From Acidobacteriota bacterium (GTDB lineage: Bacteria > Acidobacteriota > Vicinamibacteria > Vicinamibacterales > Fen-181): DNA of 64,000 nt. The notes beneath the pieces are model-generated. The model was given only the letters and a program-made list of their open reading frames with translations, searched no databases and was not told where the DNA came from. The stretch is taken from contig JANYLG010000091.1 of the NCBI GenBank assembly GCA_025363775.1, positions 7,655 to 71,654 on the forward strand, in the 5' to 3' direction. Both the position numbers and the translations under genes were made by a program. This document shows, piece by piece, positions 48,641 through 57,638 of this stretch (positions are counted from its first letter, which is position 1; every line of letters begins with the position of its first letter).

Positions 48641-49318
48641 TTGGTCGGGAATAAAATTCCCTGGCCAGGTGTTCTGACAGATGTGGCAAGACTCCTTAAC
48701 GCACCAGTCGCTGACCTGCACCTGGTCGAGCGCCTCCGCGCCCGCGACCACTCTGCTGTTTCTGATTTGGCCTCGCGCTATTCGTCCCGCATCCGCCAGC
48801 TCGCGCTTCGTTGCGTGAAGAACGAGGAGGACGCGGACGAAGTGGTGCAGGATGTTCTGTTCAAGGTCTACCAGAAGATCGACGCGTTCCGCGGAGACGC
48901 GGCGCTCTCGTCCTGGATCTACCGCATCACGTTCAACATCGCCATGTCCCGACTGCGTGCGGCGAGGGCCAGCAGCAGGGAGGTGGAGTTGCTCCCGGTC
49001 GCGCCGGCGGGCGGCGACGGCTCGCAGGCGCCCGATATCGCCGACTGGTCGGGGCTCGGCGACGACGAGGTGTTGCGTGGCGAACTCCGTCAGAAACTGG
49101 TCAAGGCGCTGGCGGGCCTGCCGCCAATCTACCGCGTTCCGGTGCTCCTGCGTGACATTCAAGGACTCTCCACCGAAGAGGCAAGCGCCGCGCTGAACGT
49201 CAAGGATCAGACGCTCAAGTCGCGGCTCCACCGCGGACGCATGATGCTGCGCGGCGAGCTGGCCGACTTCGCCGACGGCCTCGCGCTCCACCGGGAGAGC
49301 CTCGGGTGGCAGAACTGA
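48641..49318 (+). CDS. ECF-type RNA polymerase sigma-70 family factor
   Basis: 225-aa ORF with a TTG start. An alternative GTG at 48683 is at least as plausible. Region 2 reads EEDADEVVQDVLFKVYQKIDAFRGDAALSSWIYRITFNIAMSRLR. Region 4 reads YRVPVLLRDIQGLSTEEASAALNVKDQTLKSRLHRGR. Confidence 0.85.
   Translation: MVGNKIPWPGVLTDVARLLNAPVADLHLVERLRARDHSAVSDLASRYSSRIRQLALRCVKNEEDADEVVQDVLFKVYQKIDAFRGDAALSSWIYRITFNIAMSRLRAARASSREVELLPVAPAGGDGSQAPDIADWSGLGDDEVLRGELRQKLVKALAGLPPIYRVPVLLRDIQGLSTEEASAALNVKDQTLKSRLHRGRMMLRGELADFADGLALHRESLGWQN
48647..48661. promoter_or_regulatory. Perfect 15-bp palindrome GGGAAT-aaa-ATTCCC at the 5' edge of the sigma-factor ORF
   Basis: Seen directly in the sequence. It is an AT-rich island in the 20-60 nt between the lipB stop and the two candidate sigma start codons. 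GGAAT resembles an ECF -35 element. Confidence 0.3.
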
Positions 49319-49464
49319 CGGCCCGTCACTCGCTGTACAATGACGGGTGACGCGACGCGAGGACGTTTCGCGTGACCCTTCGCCATGCCGTCAGCGCAGA
49401 CACTTCGATCCCACCTCGCGGACGAGCGACTGCTCGACCAGGCCCGAATGCAGGAGGATCCGTC

Positions 49465-50982
49465 ATGCCGTTCCGTCTTTCCCGGACCACCATTCTGGCC
49501 GCGTTGCTTTGCGCCCTACTGCTGCCGGTCACGATGCTTGCAGGCCAGGGCGCACAGCCGCAGGAGGGGGCGGCGCGCCCGGCCGGCGTCAGCCCGACGA
49601 CGACGCTGAACGACCAGGTCGATCTCTCGCTGACCGTCTACAACTCGAACCTGGCGCTGATTCGGGATGTCCGGCAGCTGACGCTGCCGCCTGGCGGATC
49701 GACGTTGAAGTTCGCCGACGTGGCGGCTGCGATCAACCCGGCGACGGTGCGCTTCCGGTCGCTGACCGAGCCGGCCGCGCTGACCGTCCTCGAGCAGAAC
49801 TACGAATACGATCTGCTCGAGCCCGAGAAGCTGCTGCGCAAGTATGTCGGCCGGGAGATCACGGTCGTGCGCGACCGCCAGGAAGGCGGGACCACGCGCG
49901 CGGAAGAGGTGAAGGCGCTGCTGCTGGCATACAACAACGGTCCGGTGTGGAAGATCGGCAACGAGATCGTGACCGGGCTTCGAGTGGATCAATATCGCTT
50001 TCCGGAGTTGCCCGAGAACCTCTTCAGTCACCCGACGCTGGTGTGGATGCTCGAGAACAGCGGCAGCGCCCGCCACCGAGTCGAGGCCTCCTACCTGTCC
50101 GGAGGGTTGTCGTGGAAGGCCGACTACGTCCTGACGATCGGTCGTGACGACAAGGTTGCCGACCTGGCCGGGTGGGTCACGCTCGAGAACCAGAGCGGCA
50201 CCAGCTACCGGAACGCCAGGCTGCAACTGATTGCCGGTGAGGTGAACCGCGTGAGCGGCAACACGATCGAGCGCGACGCGGTGATGGCGCGGAAGATGGG
50301 CATGGCGGCGCAAGCGCCTGCCATGCAGCAGGAGGCGTTCTCGGAGTACCACCTCTACACCCTGCAGCGCCGCACGTCGGTCAACAACAACGAGACCAAG
50401 CAGCTGGCGCTCCTCGCGTCGCCGTCCGTGCCGGTAGAGAAGCGGTTCGTCGTGGACGGCCAGCAGTTCTACTACCGGAACCAGCAGAGTCCGGGCTCAC
50501 CGATCAAGAGCGACGTCCAGGTCTACTACCGATTCAAGAACGACGAACGGGCCGGCCTTGGCCTCCCGATGCCCGCCGGCGTCGTTCGCGTCTACCAGGC
50601 CGACTCGACGGGCGGCGCACAGTTCGCGGGCGAGGATCGGATCGCGCACACGCCGAAGGACGAGACGCTCAACCTGCACACGGGCAATGCATTCGACATC
50701 GTGTGCGAGCGGAAGCAGGTGGACTTCAAGCGGCTGTCGAACTCGCTCTCCGAGATGGAGTTCGAGATTACGCTTCGCAACCACAAGGACTCGGCCGTGA
50801 CGATCGAGGTAAACGAACCGATCGGCGGCGACTGGGACATGCTGACCGCATCGCACAAGTGGACGAAGACGGACGCCTCGGCTGCGCGCTTCGAAGTGCC
50901 CGTGGCCAAAGACGGCACCGCCGTGTTGAGGTACAGGATCAGGTCCGGCGCCCCTGTTGCCGGGCGCGATTTGGGCCGATAG
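49465..50982 (+). CDS. Secreted DUF4139-type protein (MuiA-like family)
   Basis: I start the ORF 49372..50982 at the ATG at 49465 (MPFRLSRTTILAALLCALLLPVTMLAGQ). Family-like motifs include LSLTVYNSNLALIRDVRQLTLPPG, LEQNYEYDLL and GLSWKADYVL...GWVTLENQSGTSYRNARLQLIAGEVNRV. Confidence 0.7.
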   Translation: MPFRLSRTTILAALLCALLLPVTMLAGQGAQPQEGAARPAGVSPTTTLNDQVDLSLTVYNSNLALIRDVRQLTLPPGGSTLKFADVAAAINPATVRFRSLTEPAALTVLEQNYEYDLLEPEKLLRKYVGREITVVRDRQEGGTTRAEEVKALLLAYNNGPVWKIGNEIVTGLRVDQYRFPELPENLFSHPTLVWMLENSGSARHRVEASYLSGGLSWKADYVLTIGRDDKVADLAGWVTLENQSGTSYRNARLQLIAGEVNRVSGNTIERDAVMARKMGMAAQAPAMQQEAFSEYHLYTLQRRTSVNNNETKQLALLASPSVPVEKRFVVDGQQFYYRNQQSPGSPIKSDVQVYYRFKNDERAGLGLPMPAGVVRVYQADSTGGAQFAGEDRIAHTPKDETLNLHTGNAFDIVCERKQVDFKRLSNSLSEMEFEITLRNHKDSAVTIEVNEPIGGDWDMLTASHKWTKTDASAARFEVPVAKDGTAVLRYRIRSGAPVAGRDLGR

Positions 50983-51030
50983 GCGAGAACGGGAGGCTTG
51001 CCCGGCTTCACGCGGGGCGCACGCGTCTGC

Positions 51031-53631
51031 ATGGAGAGTTTCGGCCACTACACGATCCTGGAGCGATTGCGCGCGGGCGCGCTGGGAGAGTTGTCGCGCG
51101 CCCGAGACGCGCGGTTGGGCCGCACGGTTGCGCTCCGGATCGTGTCGCCCGCCACCTCGTCGGACCATGCCCGCCGCGATGCGCTCCTCGCCGATGCCGC
51201 GGCTGCCACGGCCCTGTCCCATCCGCACATCGCCGCGCTGTTCGAGTTCGGAGAAGAAAACGGCCAGCTGTTCCTGGCGCACGAGTACGTTCCCGGGCAG
51301 TCGGTCAAGGCGCTGCTGACCGGGAAGCCGTTCGACGCGACCCTGGCGCTCGAGTTTGCGGTCCAGTTGGCCGATGCCGTTGCCGAGGGCCATCGGCGGG
51401 GCGTCATTCACGGCAACCTCTGCCCCTCGACCATCTTCATCACGCCGACCGACCAGACGAAGATCATCGGATTTGGTCTCGGCGCGTGGACGTCGGGCGG
51501 CCTCGCCCGAAAGGCGGTCGCCGAGCAACTGGCGTCAGGCCACGAACCGTCCGGCGACGCGGCGATCGAGACCGTCCCCTACATGTCGCCCGAGCAGGTG
51601 TTGGGCGACCGCGTCGATGCCCGCACGGACGTGTTCTCGCTCGGTGTCGTGCTCTACGAGATGCTGACGGGCCGTGCGCCCTTCGGGTCGAGCACGCCGG
51701 GCGCGACCGCTGTCAAGGTCCTCCAGAGCACTCCGCCGCCCGCGACGCGGTGGAACCCTTCCCTGCCCCCCGGCTTCGACCCAATCCTCGCGCGGGCGCT
51801 GGCCAAGAGCCTCGAGGCTCGCTACCCGACCGCGTCCGCGGTGGCCGCCGACCTTCGCGCCCTGGCGGGCACACTCCACGTTCGCGTGACGTGCGAGACC
51901 GCGGGCCGGACACCCGAAAGCCCGCACAGGCCTCGGGGTCCGATCGTCAAGCGCTTCGTCCTGGCGGTGCTCGCGCTGGCCTTGCTCGGGGCGCTTGCGG
52001 CCGGCGCGTGGCACTGGCGAGACAGGATTCGCGCGCTGTTCACTCGCGGGGCGCCCGGTCCCCGCCCGGTGCTCGTCGTCATGCCGTTCCAGATGGAGGG
52101 GAGCGAGGCTGCGCGTGTCTACTTTGGAGTTGGCTTCGCCGAAGACCTTGCCGCGCGACTGGGAGAAGTCCCTGGCCTCACGGTCGTCGGCCGGTCGTCG
52201 ATCGCGGAGACCCCGGTCCCGTCCCTGCCCGAACGCGCCTCACGCCTTGGTGCCGCCGTGGCGTTGAGGGGCACCACCCGGCCAGGGCCGTACTCGCTGC
52301 ACGTGAATGTCGAGTTGGTGGAGGTGGCGTCGGGCCGTGTGATCTGGACAGAGCGCTATGCCCGCGAGCCGCGCCAGGCGTCGGCTGCCGAGGCAGAGAT
52401 TTCGCGGCAGGTCGCTGACACGCTCGGACTGCAGATGCCGACCGGCAACCGCTGGGCTCGCGCGCGGGTCCGGCAGGTCGATCCACGGGCCTACGACATG
52501 TACCTGCAAGGTCGTGATGCCGCAGCGCACCGCGATCGCGCGCGCGCGATCGCGCTCTATCGCCAGGCCATCGAAGCCGACCCGAAGCTGGTCGAGGCGC
52601 GCGTTGGCATGTCCGAGGCACTCTACCTCGAGGACTTCTACGCGGGAAGCAACGGCGACACGAGCGCGATCGACCACGCGAGGGAGGAAGCAGAAGCGGC
52701 GCTGGCCGTCGATCCCGAGATGCCGCGCGCGCATGTCGTCGCTGCGCTCTCGGCGTCCACGACGACGGCGGCGGCTTCGTCGCTGGCACGGGCGCTCTCC
52801 CTCGACCCGTCGTCCGGCGAGGCATGGCACCACGCCGGCGACCTGGTCATCGAGCTGGATCCCGCCCGCGCGATCGTGTTCTACCAACACTCGATGCGGC
52901 TCGACCCCGACATCGACGCGAACCATCGCGACATCGCGAGCGCATACGAGATGCTCGGCAGGTTGTCCGATGCCGAGACGGCTCTGCGCGGCGGCCAGTC
53001 GGCCCGGCCAGACCGGCCGTGGTGGGCGCAGTTGCTGGCCCGGATCGAGATCGCACGCCAGAACTACGACATCGCTGTCGAGACACTGGCCCGCGAGCCG
53101 GCCACCGAGTCCACCCCCTTGGTGTGGCTGGTCGGCAGGGTGATCCCCATGACGATGGGCTCCCGAGTGGAGGAGGCGCGGAGAGAAGCCACCAAGCTGA
53201 CCGAACGCTATCCCTGGTTCTGCGAAGGCCAGGCCGTCATGGCCGCGCTCGAGTGGGATACCACTGGGAAGCCGCGCGCCCGAACCCTCGTTGACTCGAT
53301 CTTCGCCCGCGCCGCGGCGCCGGGCGCGCCGGTGCAGATGCTGCAGTGCGCGGCCACGGCATCGGCGGCGATCGGTGACGGCCCCGAGGCCGCAGGGTAC
53401 ATCTCGAAACTCTCCTCCGACGACCGCGCGCTCCGTGTGTGGATGCGCCAGTCGGTCTTCAGCCTGGCGTTCGCGTTCCGCCGCCACCTGTATCCCTGGA
53501 ACAAGATCGAGTCATCCGGCCCGGTCAGGCAGGCGAGCGATTTGTTGGCGCAAAGCCTTGCCCGGCTTCGCGACGAGACGGCGCGACGACTCCCCGCGCC
53601 CCCGCAACAGGTCGCAAGCACAAACAGGTGA
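51031..53631 (+). CDS. Membrane-anchored Ser/Thr-kinase-like protein (predicted pseudokinase) with an extracytoplasmic domain and TPR repeats
   Basis: I start the ORF 50998..53631 at the ATG at 51031. The Hanks-type fold is recognisable (YTILERL.., PYMSPEQV, DVFSLGVVLYEMLTGRAPF). The catalytic motifs are altered: VAIK reads VALR36, HRD reads H127-G-N, and DFG reads G147-F-G. A TM segment (FVLAVLALALLGALAAGAW), a PFxxxG domain (VLVVMPFQMEG) and TPRs follow. Confidence 0.8.
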   Translation: MESFGHYTILERLRAGALGELSRARDARLGRTVALRIVSPATSSDHARRDALLADAAAATALSHPHIAALFEFGEENGQLFLAHEYVPGQSVKALLTGKPFDATLALEFAVQLADAVAEGHRRGVIHGNLCPSTIFITPTDQTKIIGFGLGAWTSGGLARKAVAEQLASGHEPSGDAAIETVPYMSPEQVLGDRVDARTDVFSLGVVLYEMLTGRAPFGSSTPGATAVKVLQSTPPPATRWNPSLPPGFDPILARALAKSLEARYPTASAVAADLRALAGTLHVRVTCETAGRTPESPHRPRGPIVKRFVLAVLALALLGALAAGAWHWRDRIRALFTRGAPGPRPVLVVMPFQMEGSEAARVYFGVGFAEDLAARLGEVPGLTVVGRSSIAETPVPSLPERASRLGAAVALRGTTRPGPYSLHVNVELVEVASGRVIWTERYAREPRQASAAEAEISRQVADTLGLQMPTGNRWARARVRQVDPRAYDMYLQGRDAAAHRDRARAIALYRQAIEADPKLVEARVGMSEALYLEDFYAGSNGDTSAIDHAREEAEAALAVDPEMPRAHVVAALSASTTTAAASSLARALSLDPSSGEAWHHAGDLVIELDPARAIVFYQHSMRLDPDIDANHRDIASAYEMLGRLSDAETALRGGQSARPDRPWWAQLLARIEIARQNYDIAVETLAREPATESTPLVWLVGRVIPMTMGSRVEEARREATKLTERYPWFCEGQAVMAALEWDTTGKPRARTLVDSIFARAAAPGAPVQMLQCAATASAAIGDGPEAAGYISKLSSDDRALRVWMRQSVFSLAFAFRRHLYPWNKIESSGPVRQASDLLAQSLARLRDETARRLPAPPQQVASTNR

Positions 53632-53745
53632 GTCTTTTGCCGCCTCACCAAGTCCGCAAGCGTGGTCGCCGGCGTCCTCATGCTGACTCCTGAATTGGAC
53701 AAATTCTGGCGCCTGGATTCTGCCTACCTGAAAAGTGACGGGACA

Positions 53746-54717
53746 TCAACCCGCCAGCACCCGCACCAGCAACTCCGAGTCGATATTCGCGCCCGACACG
53801 ATCACCGCGGTCCGGCGATCCCTCGCGGGCACGCGACCGGCCGCCAGCGCAGCCACGCCCGCAATACCCGCGCCTTCCGCTATCAGGTGATCGTGACGAA
53901 CGAGACGGCGAATCCCGTCCAGCAGCTCCTGTTCGCTGACCATCGCCAGCCGGGGAACAAGCGCCTGCACCACCTGAAACGCGAGGTTGTCGGGATCCAT
54001 GTTGCCCGCCAGGCCGTCCGCGATCGTCGGTCCCACCTCGACCTCGACAATTCGCCCTGCCGCCAGCGACGCGGCAAAGGGATGTGAGGCTTCTGCCTCG
54101 ACGCCGACAACCTCGACATCGGGCCGGACGGCGTTGATGGCCGCGGCAACCCCGGCCAGCAGGCCCCCGCCGCCAACCGGGACGACCAGCAGGTCAACAC
54201 TCGGCAGGTCCTCGACCACTTCCAGCGCGATCGTGCCGGTCGCGGCGATCAGATCCGGGTGGCTGTAGGCCGAGATGAACGGGTGGCCCGCCTCGCGCGC
54301 AAATTGCTTCGCCATCCGTTCGGAGTCTTCGTATGTCTCTGCCTCCGCGCGGAGTTCGGCCCCGTGACGCCGGATGGCGTCGAGCTTGGTGGCAGGCGCC
54401 CGTCGTGGCGTGAAGATGACGGTGCGAAGGCCGGCCTGCAAGGCGGCCCACGCCATCGCGCGCCCGTGATTGCCGGCCGATGCCGTGACGAGGCATGGGG
54501 GCGGCTGGCCCGGCTCGAGCCGTTCCTGGATCGCCAGGATCGCGTTCAGCGCGCCTCGCGCCTTGAACGAATGCGTCACCTGGAGCGACTCGAGCTTGAG
54601 GTAGACCTCGCCGCCGGCTGCATCGCTCAGCCAGTCGGAGCGCACCAGCGGTGTCCGTCGCACGGAGGGTGCGATGCGCCCTCGCGCACGCTGGATGTCG
54701 GTGAGCGAGGGAATCAC
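53746..54717 (-). CDS. PLP-dependent threonine/serine dehydratase (short, catabolic type)
   Basis: 323-aa ORF. It has the PLP-lysine motif LESLQVTHSFKARGALN and the Gly-rich loop PVGGGGLLAG. No C-terminal ACT-like regulatory domain is present. Confidence 0.85.
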   Translation of the reverse strand: MIPSLTDIQRARGRIAPSVRRTPLVRSDWLSDAAGGEVYLKLESLQVTHSFKARGALNAILAIQERLEPGQPPPCLVTASAGNHGRAMAWAALQAGLRTVIFTPRRAPATKLDAIRRHGAELRAEAETYEDSERMAKQFAREAGHPFISAYSHPDLIAATGTIALEVVEDLPSVDLLVVPVGGGGLLAGVAAAINAVRPDVEVVGVEAEASHPFAASLAAGRIVEVEVGPTIADGLAGNMDPDNLAFQVVQALVPRLAMVSEQELLDGIRRLVRHDHLIAEGAGIAGVAALAAGRVPARDRRTAVIVSGANIDSELLVRVLAG

Positions 54718-54801
54718 GAGCCGGCCTCGCCTCTTCGGCTCCGGCTCGAAGGCCTGGTGTCGTCAAGGGCTTCGAGGATCATTTGCAGGTATCATAACGC
54801 C

Positions 54802-55452
54802 ATGCTCCTCGAGACCCGCGATGCTCCCCCGTTTTACAAGAACGGCTACGTCCTGGCCTGCGAGCAGACCCGGGAAGGGGTCATCATCGACCCGGGTGAC
54901 GAGGTCGATCAGTTGTTGAACGTCGTCGCGGAGCAGAAGGTGCAGGTCCGGATGATCCTGCTCACGCACGCTCATGTCGACCACGTGGCGGGCACCGCGA
55001 AAGCCAGGGCCGCATGCGGCGCGCCCATCTACCTGCACCGCGACGATCTTTCGCTCTACGAGGCGACGCTGCAGCAGGCGGCGTTCTTCGGGCTCGAAAT
55101 CGAGGCGCCTCCGCCCGTCGATCACTTCTTCGATCCGTCAGCGTCCCTCGCGTTCGGGAACTACGAGGTGCGCGTGCTCCACACGCCCGGTCACACGCCG
55201 GGCGGCGTCTGCCTGCTGGTCGGCCCCGCAGGCCACCCGGGCAAGAAGGTGTTCGTGGGCGACACGCTCTTTGCCGGCTCGATCGGGCGCACCGATCTGC
55301 CGGGCGGCGACCACGACACACTGATTGGCTCGATCCGCGGCGTGCTCTTCAAGCTTCAGGACGATGTCGAGGTGTACTCGGGGCACGGGCCGAAGACGAT
55401 GATCGGACAGGAGCGGCGGACGAACCCCTTCCTTGTGGGGCGGGCGCGGTAG
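54802..55452 (+). CDS. MBL-fold metallo-hydrolase (glyoxalase II-like)
   Basis: I start the ORF 54259..55452 at the ATG at 54802. It has LLTHAHVDHVAG (the HxHxDH motif), HTPGHTPGG and GDTLFAGSIGRTDLPGGD. Confidence 0.85.
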   Translation: MLLETRDAPPFYKNGYVLACEQTREGVIIDPGDEVDQLLNVVAEQKVQVRMILLTHAHVDHVAGTAKARAACGAPIYLHRDDLSLYEATLQQAAFFGLEIEAPPPVDHFFDPSASLAFGNYEVRVLHTPGHTPGGVCLLVGPAGHPGKKVFVGDTLFAGSIGRTDLPGGDHDTLIGSIRGVLFKLQDDVEVYSGHGPKTMIGQERRTNPFLVGRAR

Positions 55453-55475
55453 GGCTGGATTTAGGCGGACAGCAG

Positions 55476-55781
55476 TCAGCAGGCGCCTTTCTCCACCGTC
55501 AGTTCTACCCGCCCCACGCGCACGCGATCTCTCGCTGCCAGCCAGGCGCGCTTGATGCGGCGGTCGTTCACGAACGTGCCGTTCGTGCTGCGGAGGTCCT
55601 CGATCTCCAGCTCCCCGGAAGCATGGGCCGTGAAGCGGCAGTGCAGCCGCGACACGAGGGGGGCCTCGACGATGAAGTCGGCCCTGACCGCGCGCCCCAG
55701 CGTCTTGATCCCTTCCGGCATCACCCGGAACGTCAACCCCTCGTCGCCGCCGCCCACGGACTTCGTTTGCAGGATCCACAT
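55476..55781 (-). CDS. Small FHA-domain protein
   Basis: 101-aa ORF. GRAVRADFIVEAPLVSRLHCRF...DLRSTNGTFVNDRRI contains the FHA core (G-R ... S-x-x-H ... N-G). Its start lies 1 nt after the stop codon of the upstream hydrolase-like gene. Confidence 0.85.
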   Translation of the reverse strand: MWILQTKSVGGGDEGLTFRVMPEGIKTLGRAVRADFIVEAPLVSRLHCRFTAHASGELEIEDLRSTNGTFVNDRRIKRAWLAARDRVRVGRVELTVEKGAC

Positions 55782-55782
55782 T

Positions 55783-57456
55783 CTAGCGAGCCCTCATCGT
55801 GTCTTTCAGCCAGGTTTCGATCGCCGAGAGCACAGTGCGGCTGATGGTCTTGTCCGGCAACCGGTCGTACTCGTCAACGTCGCCTGTCTTCGCCGGCACC
55901 AGCAGGTGGTTGATTCCGGCTAGTTTCACCAGCTTCACCGCCGAGCCGGCGCGACCTTTCCTGGCCTTGGCCATCGTCTCCAGCCTATCCGCGTTGGTGG
56001 GCGCGACCCGGGCGTCCAGCTCGCCCTGGATGATGAGGACGGGCTGATCGATCTTCTTCATCACTTTCGCCGGATCGAAGGTGAGATAGCTTCTGAACCA
56101 CGGCGTATCCGCCTGGCGCCGCACGTCAGCGGGAATCGCGTCGAGACCGTTCCCGCTGATGACCGCCTGCTGGATCTTCTCCTGCAGCTCGATCTTGGCC
56201 TGCTTCTCCGCGTCCGGGATATTCATCAGCGCGAGCATGTGCCGCTGCTGCTCGAGCGCGAGGGCCGCGCCGCTGACGCCTGGCGCTGCGACGAGCACGA
56301 GGGCGGAGATATCGCCCTCTCGAGATGCCGCCAGGGCCGCGATGGCGCCGCCATCTCCGTAACCGAGCAGCGCAATCCGACGCGGATCGACGTCCTTCCT
56401 TCGATTCAGGAACTTGACCGCGGCAACCGCGTCCTCCGCGTAGTCGGCCAGCGTCGTCGCCTCCGATCGGCCGCCGCTCTGGCCAACCCCGCGCTTGTCG
56501 TAGCGCACGACGACGTACCCCGAGTCGGCGAGGGCGGAGGCGACCTGCCCGAAGATCGGGATGCCGGCGACCGACTCGTCGCGGTCGGTCGGATCCGGCC
56601 CGCCGATCAGGACGAGAGCGGGGAAGCGAAAGGACGGGCTGGGCCTGTTGGTCGGCTGCGACAGCGTGCCCGCCAGACTGAACCCGTTCGCGGGAATCTG
56701 CACCTGCTCGTCGTTCGGGCGCGAGACCGGCTCCCGGCGCGACGAGACCGACGCGATGTCGGACCGTACGACGTCAAGTGCCTGGGCCGGAACCGACAAG
56801 CGCAGCAAGCGCCCCCCCGAGTCCGCCCACAGCTCGACGTCCGCGGGCCCATTGGGGTTTGCGAACTCCAGGGTGAAGCGGCGGATCTGCAGCAGGGCCG
56901 CCTGCGTCCGCACGCGGTCGTCGGCGATGCTCTTGACGCGGATGGCGACCTGGGCCTGTGGGGGAACGTACGCCTTCAATTCATCCCCCGGCTTGGCGGT
57001 CGCGAGTTGGGCGGCCAGCGCCTCGTAGGCGCCGAAGAAGACGTTCGGGAGGAGGACCGCGTCGGGGGCAATCTCGTCGGCCCTGTGCCCGACAGCCGTA
57101 CCCTGCGTGACATCGCTAGTCGCGGTCGTGCCGGCGACCGTCGTATGCAGCAGGATTTGCCGGTCGCGCAGGCTTCCCTCGATGACGCACTCGAGCGGAT
57201 GCCACTCGGGCGAGTACGTGATCTCCGCCTTGCGCACGGTCATGCTGAGCGGCGGACCGATTCGCTCGGTTCCCGTAATCGTAAAGCCCAGCGGCGTCCG
57301 TGCAACCGTGACCTGCTCGACGCCGACCGCCACGCCCTTGAAGAACACGGTGAAATCGACGGGCTGGGCCGGGGCAGGGGCAGGGGACTGCGCGTGGCCG
57401 ACGCCTGTCAGCAGTGCGAAGACGACCAGAGCGACAGTACAATGAGCAATACGCAT
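55783..57456 (-). CDS. Secreted alpha/beta-hydrolase-fold protein with an N-terminal ~280-aa domain; the nucleophile Ser is replaced by Gly
   Basis: I start the ORF 55783..57570 at the ATG at 57456 (MRIAHCTVALVVFALLTGVGHAQ). The hydrolase fold shows in VRYDKRGVGQSGG, the elbow IALLGYGDGGAIA where GHSxGG is expected, and the retained Asp (QGELDARV) and His (GINHLL). Confidence 0.75.
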   Translation of the reverse strand: MRIAHCTVALVVFALLTGVGHAQSPAPAPAQPVDFTVFFKGVAVGVEQVTVARTPLGFTITGTERIGPPLSMTVRKAEITYSPEWHPLECVIEGSLRDRQILLHTTVAGTTATSDVTQGTAVGHRADEIAPDAVLLPNVFFGAYEALAAQLATAKPGDELKAYVPPQAQVAIRVKSIADDRVRTQAALLQIRRFTLEFANPNGPADVELWADSGGRLLRLSVPAQALDVVRSDIASVSSRREPVSRPNDEQVQIPANGFSLAGTLSQPTNRPSPSFRFPALVLIGGPDPTDRDESVAGIPIFGQVASALADSGYVVVRYDKRGVGQSGGRSEATTLADYAEDAVAAVKFLNRRKDVDPRRIALLGYGDGGAIAALAASREGDISALVLVAAPGVSGAALALEQQRHMLALMNIPDAEKQAKIELQEKIQQAVISGNGLDAIPADVRRQADTPWFRSYLTFDPAKVMKKIDQPVLIIQGELDARVAPTNADRLETMAKARKGRAGSAVKLVKLAGINHLLVPAKTGDVDEYDRLPDKTISRTVLSAIETWLKDTMRAR

Positions 57457-57638
57457 GGCCCTGAAAGAATAGCATCGGGCGGTGAACGGACGATACAAGT
57501 GGCCCGCCGGCCAACTATGGCGACCCACCGAGGCCGACGAAGCGCCCGGCCGGCAAGGCGTGACGAGCACTCAGTCCTGAGGGCACAAATACGTCGCCGC
57601 ATTTGTGCATCGACGGACCAAGGGTTTCGGAGGCGACG

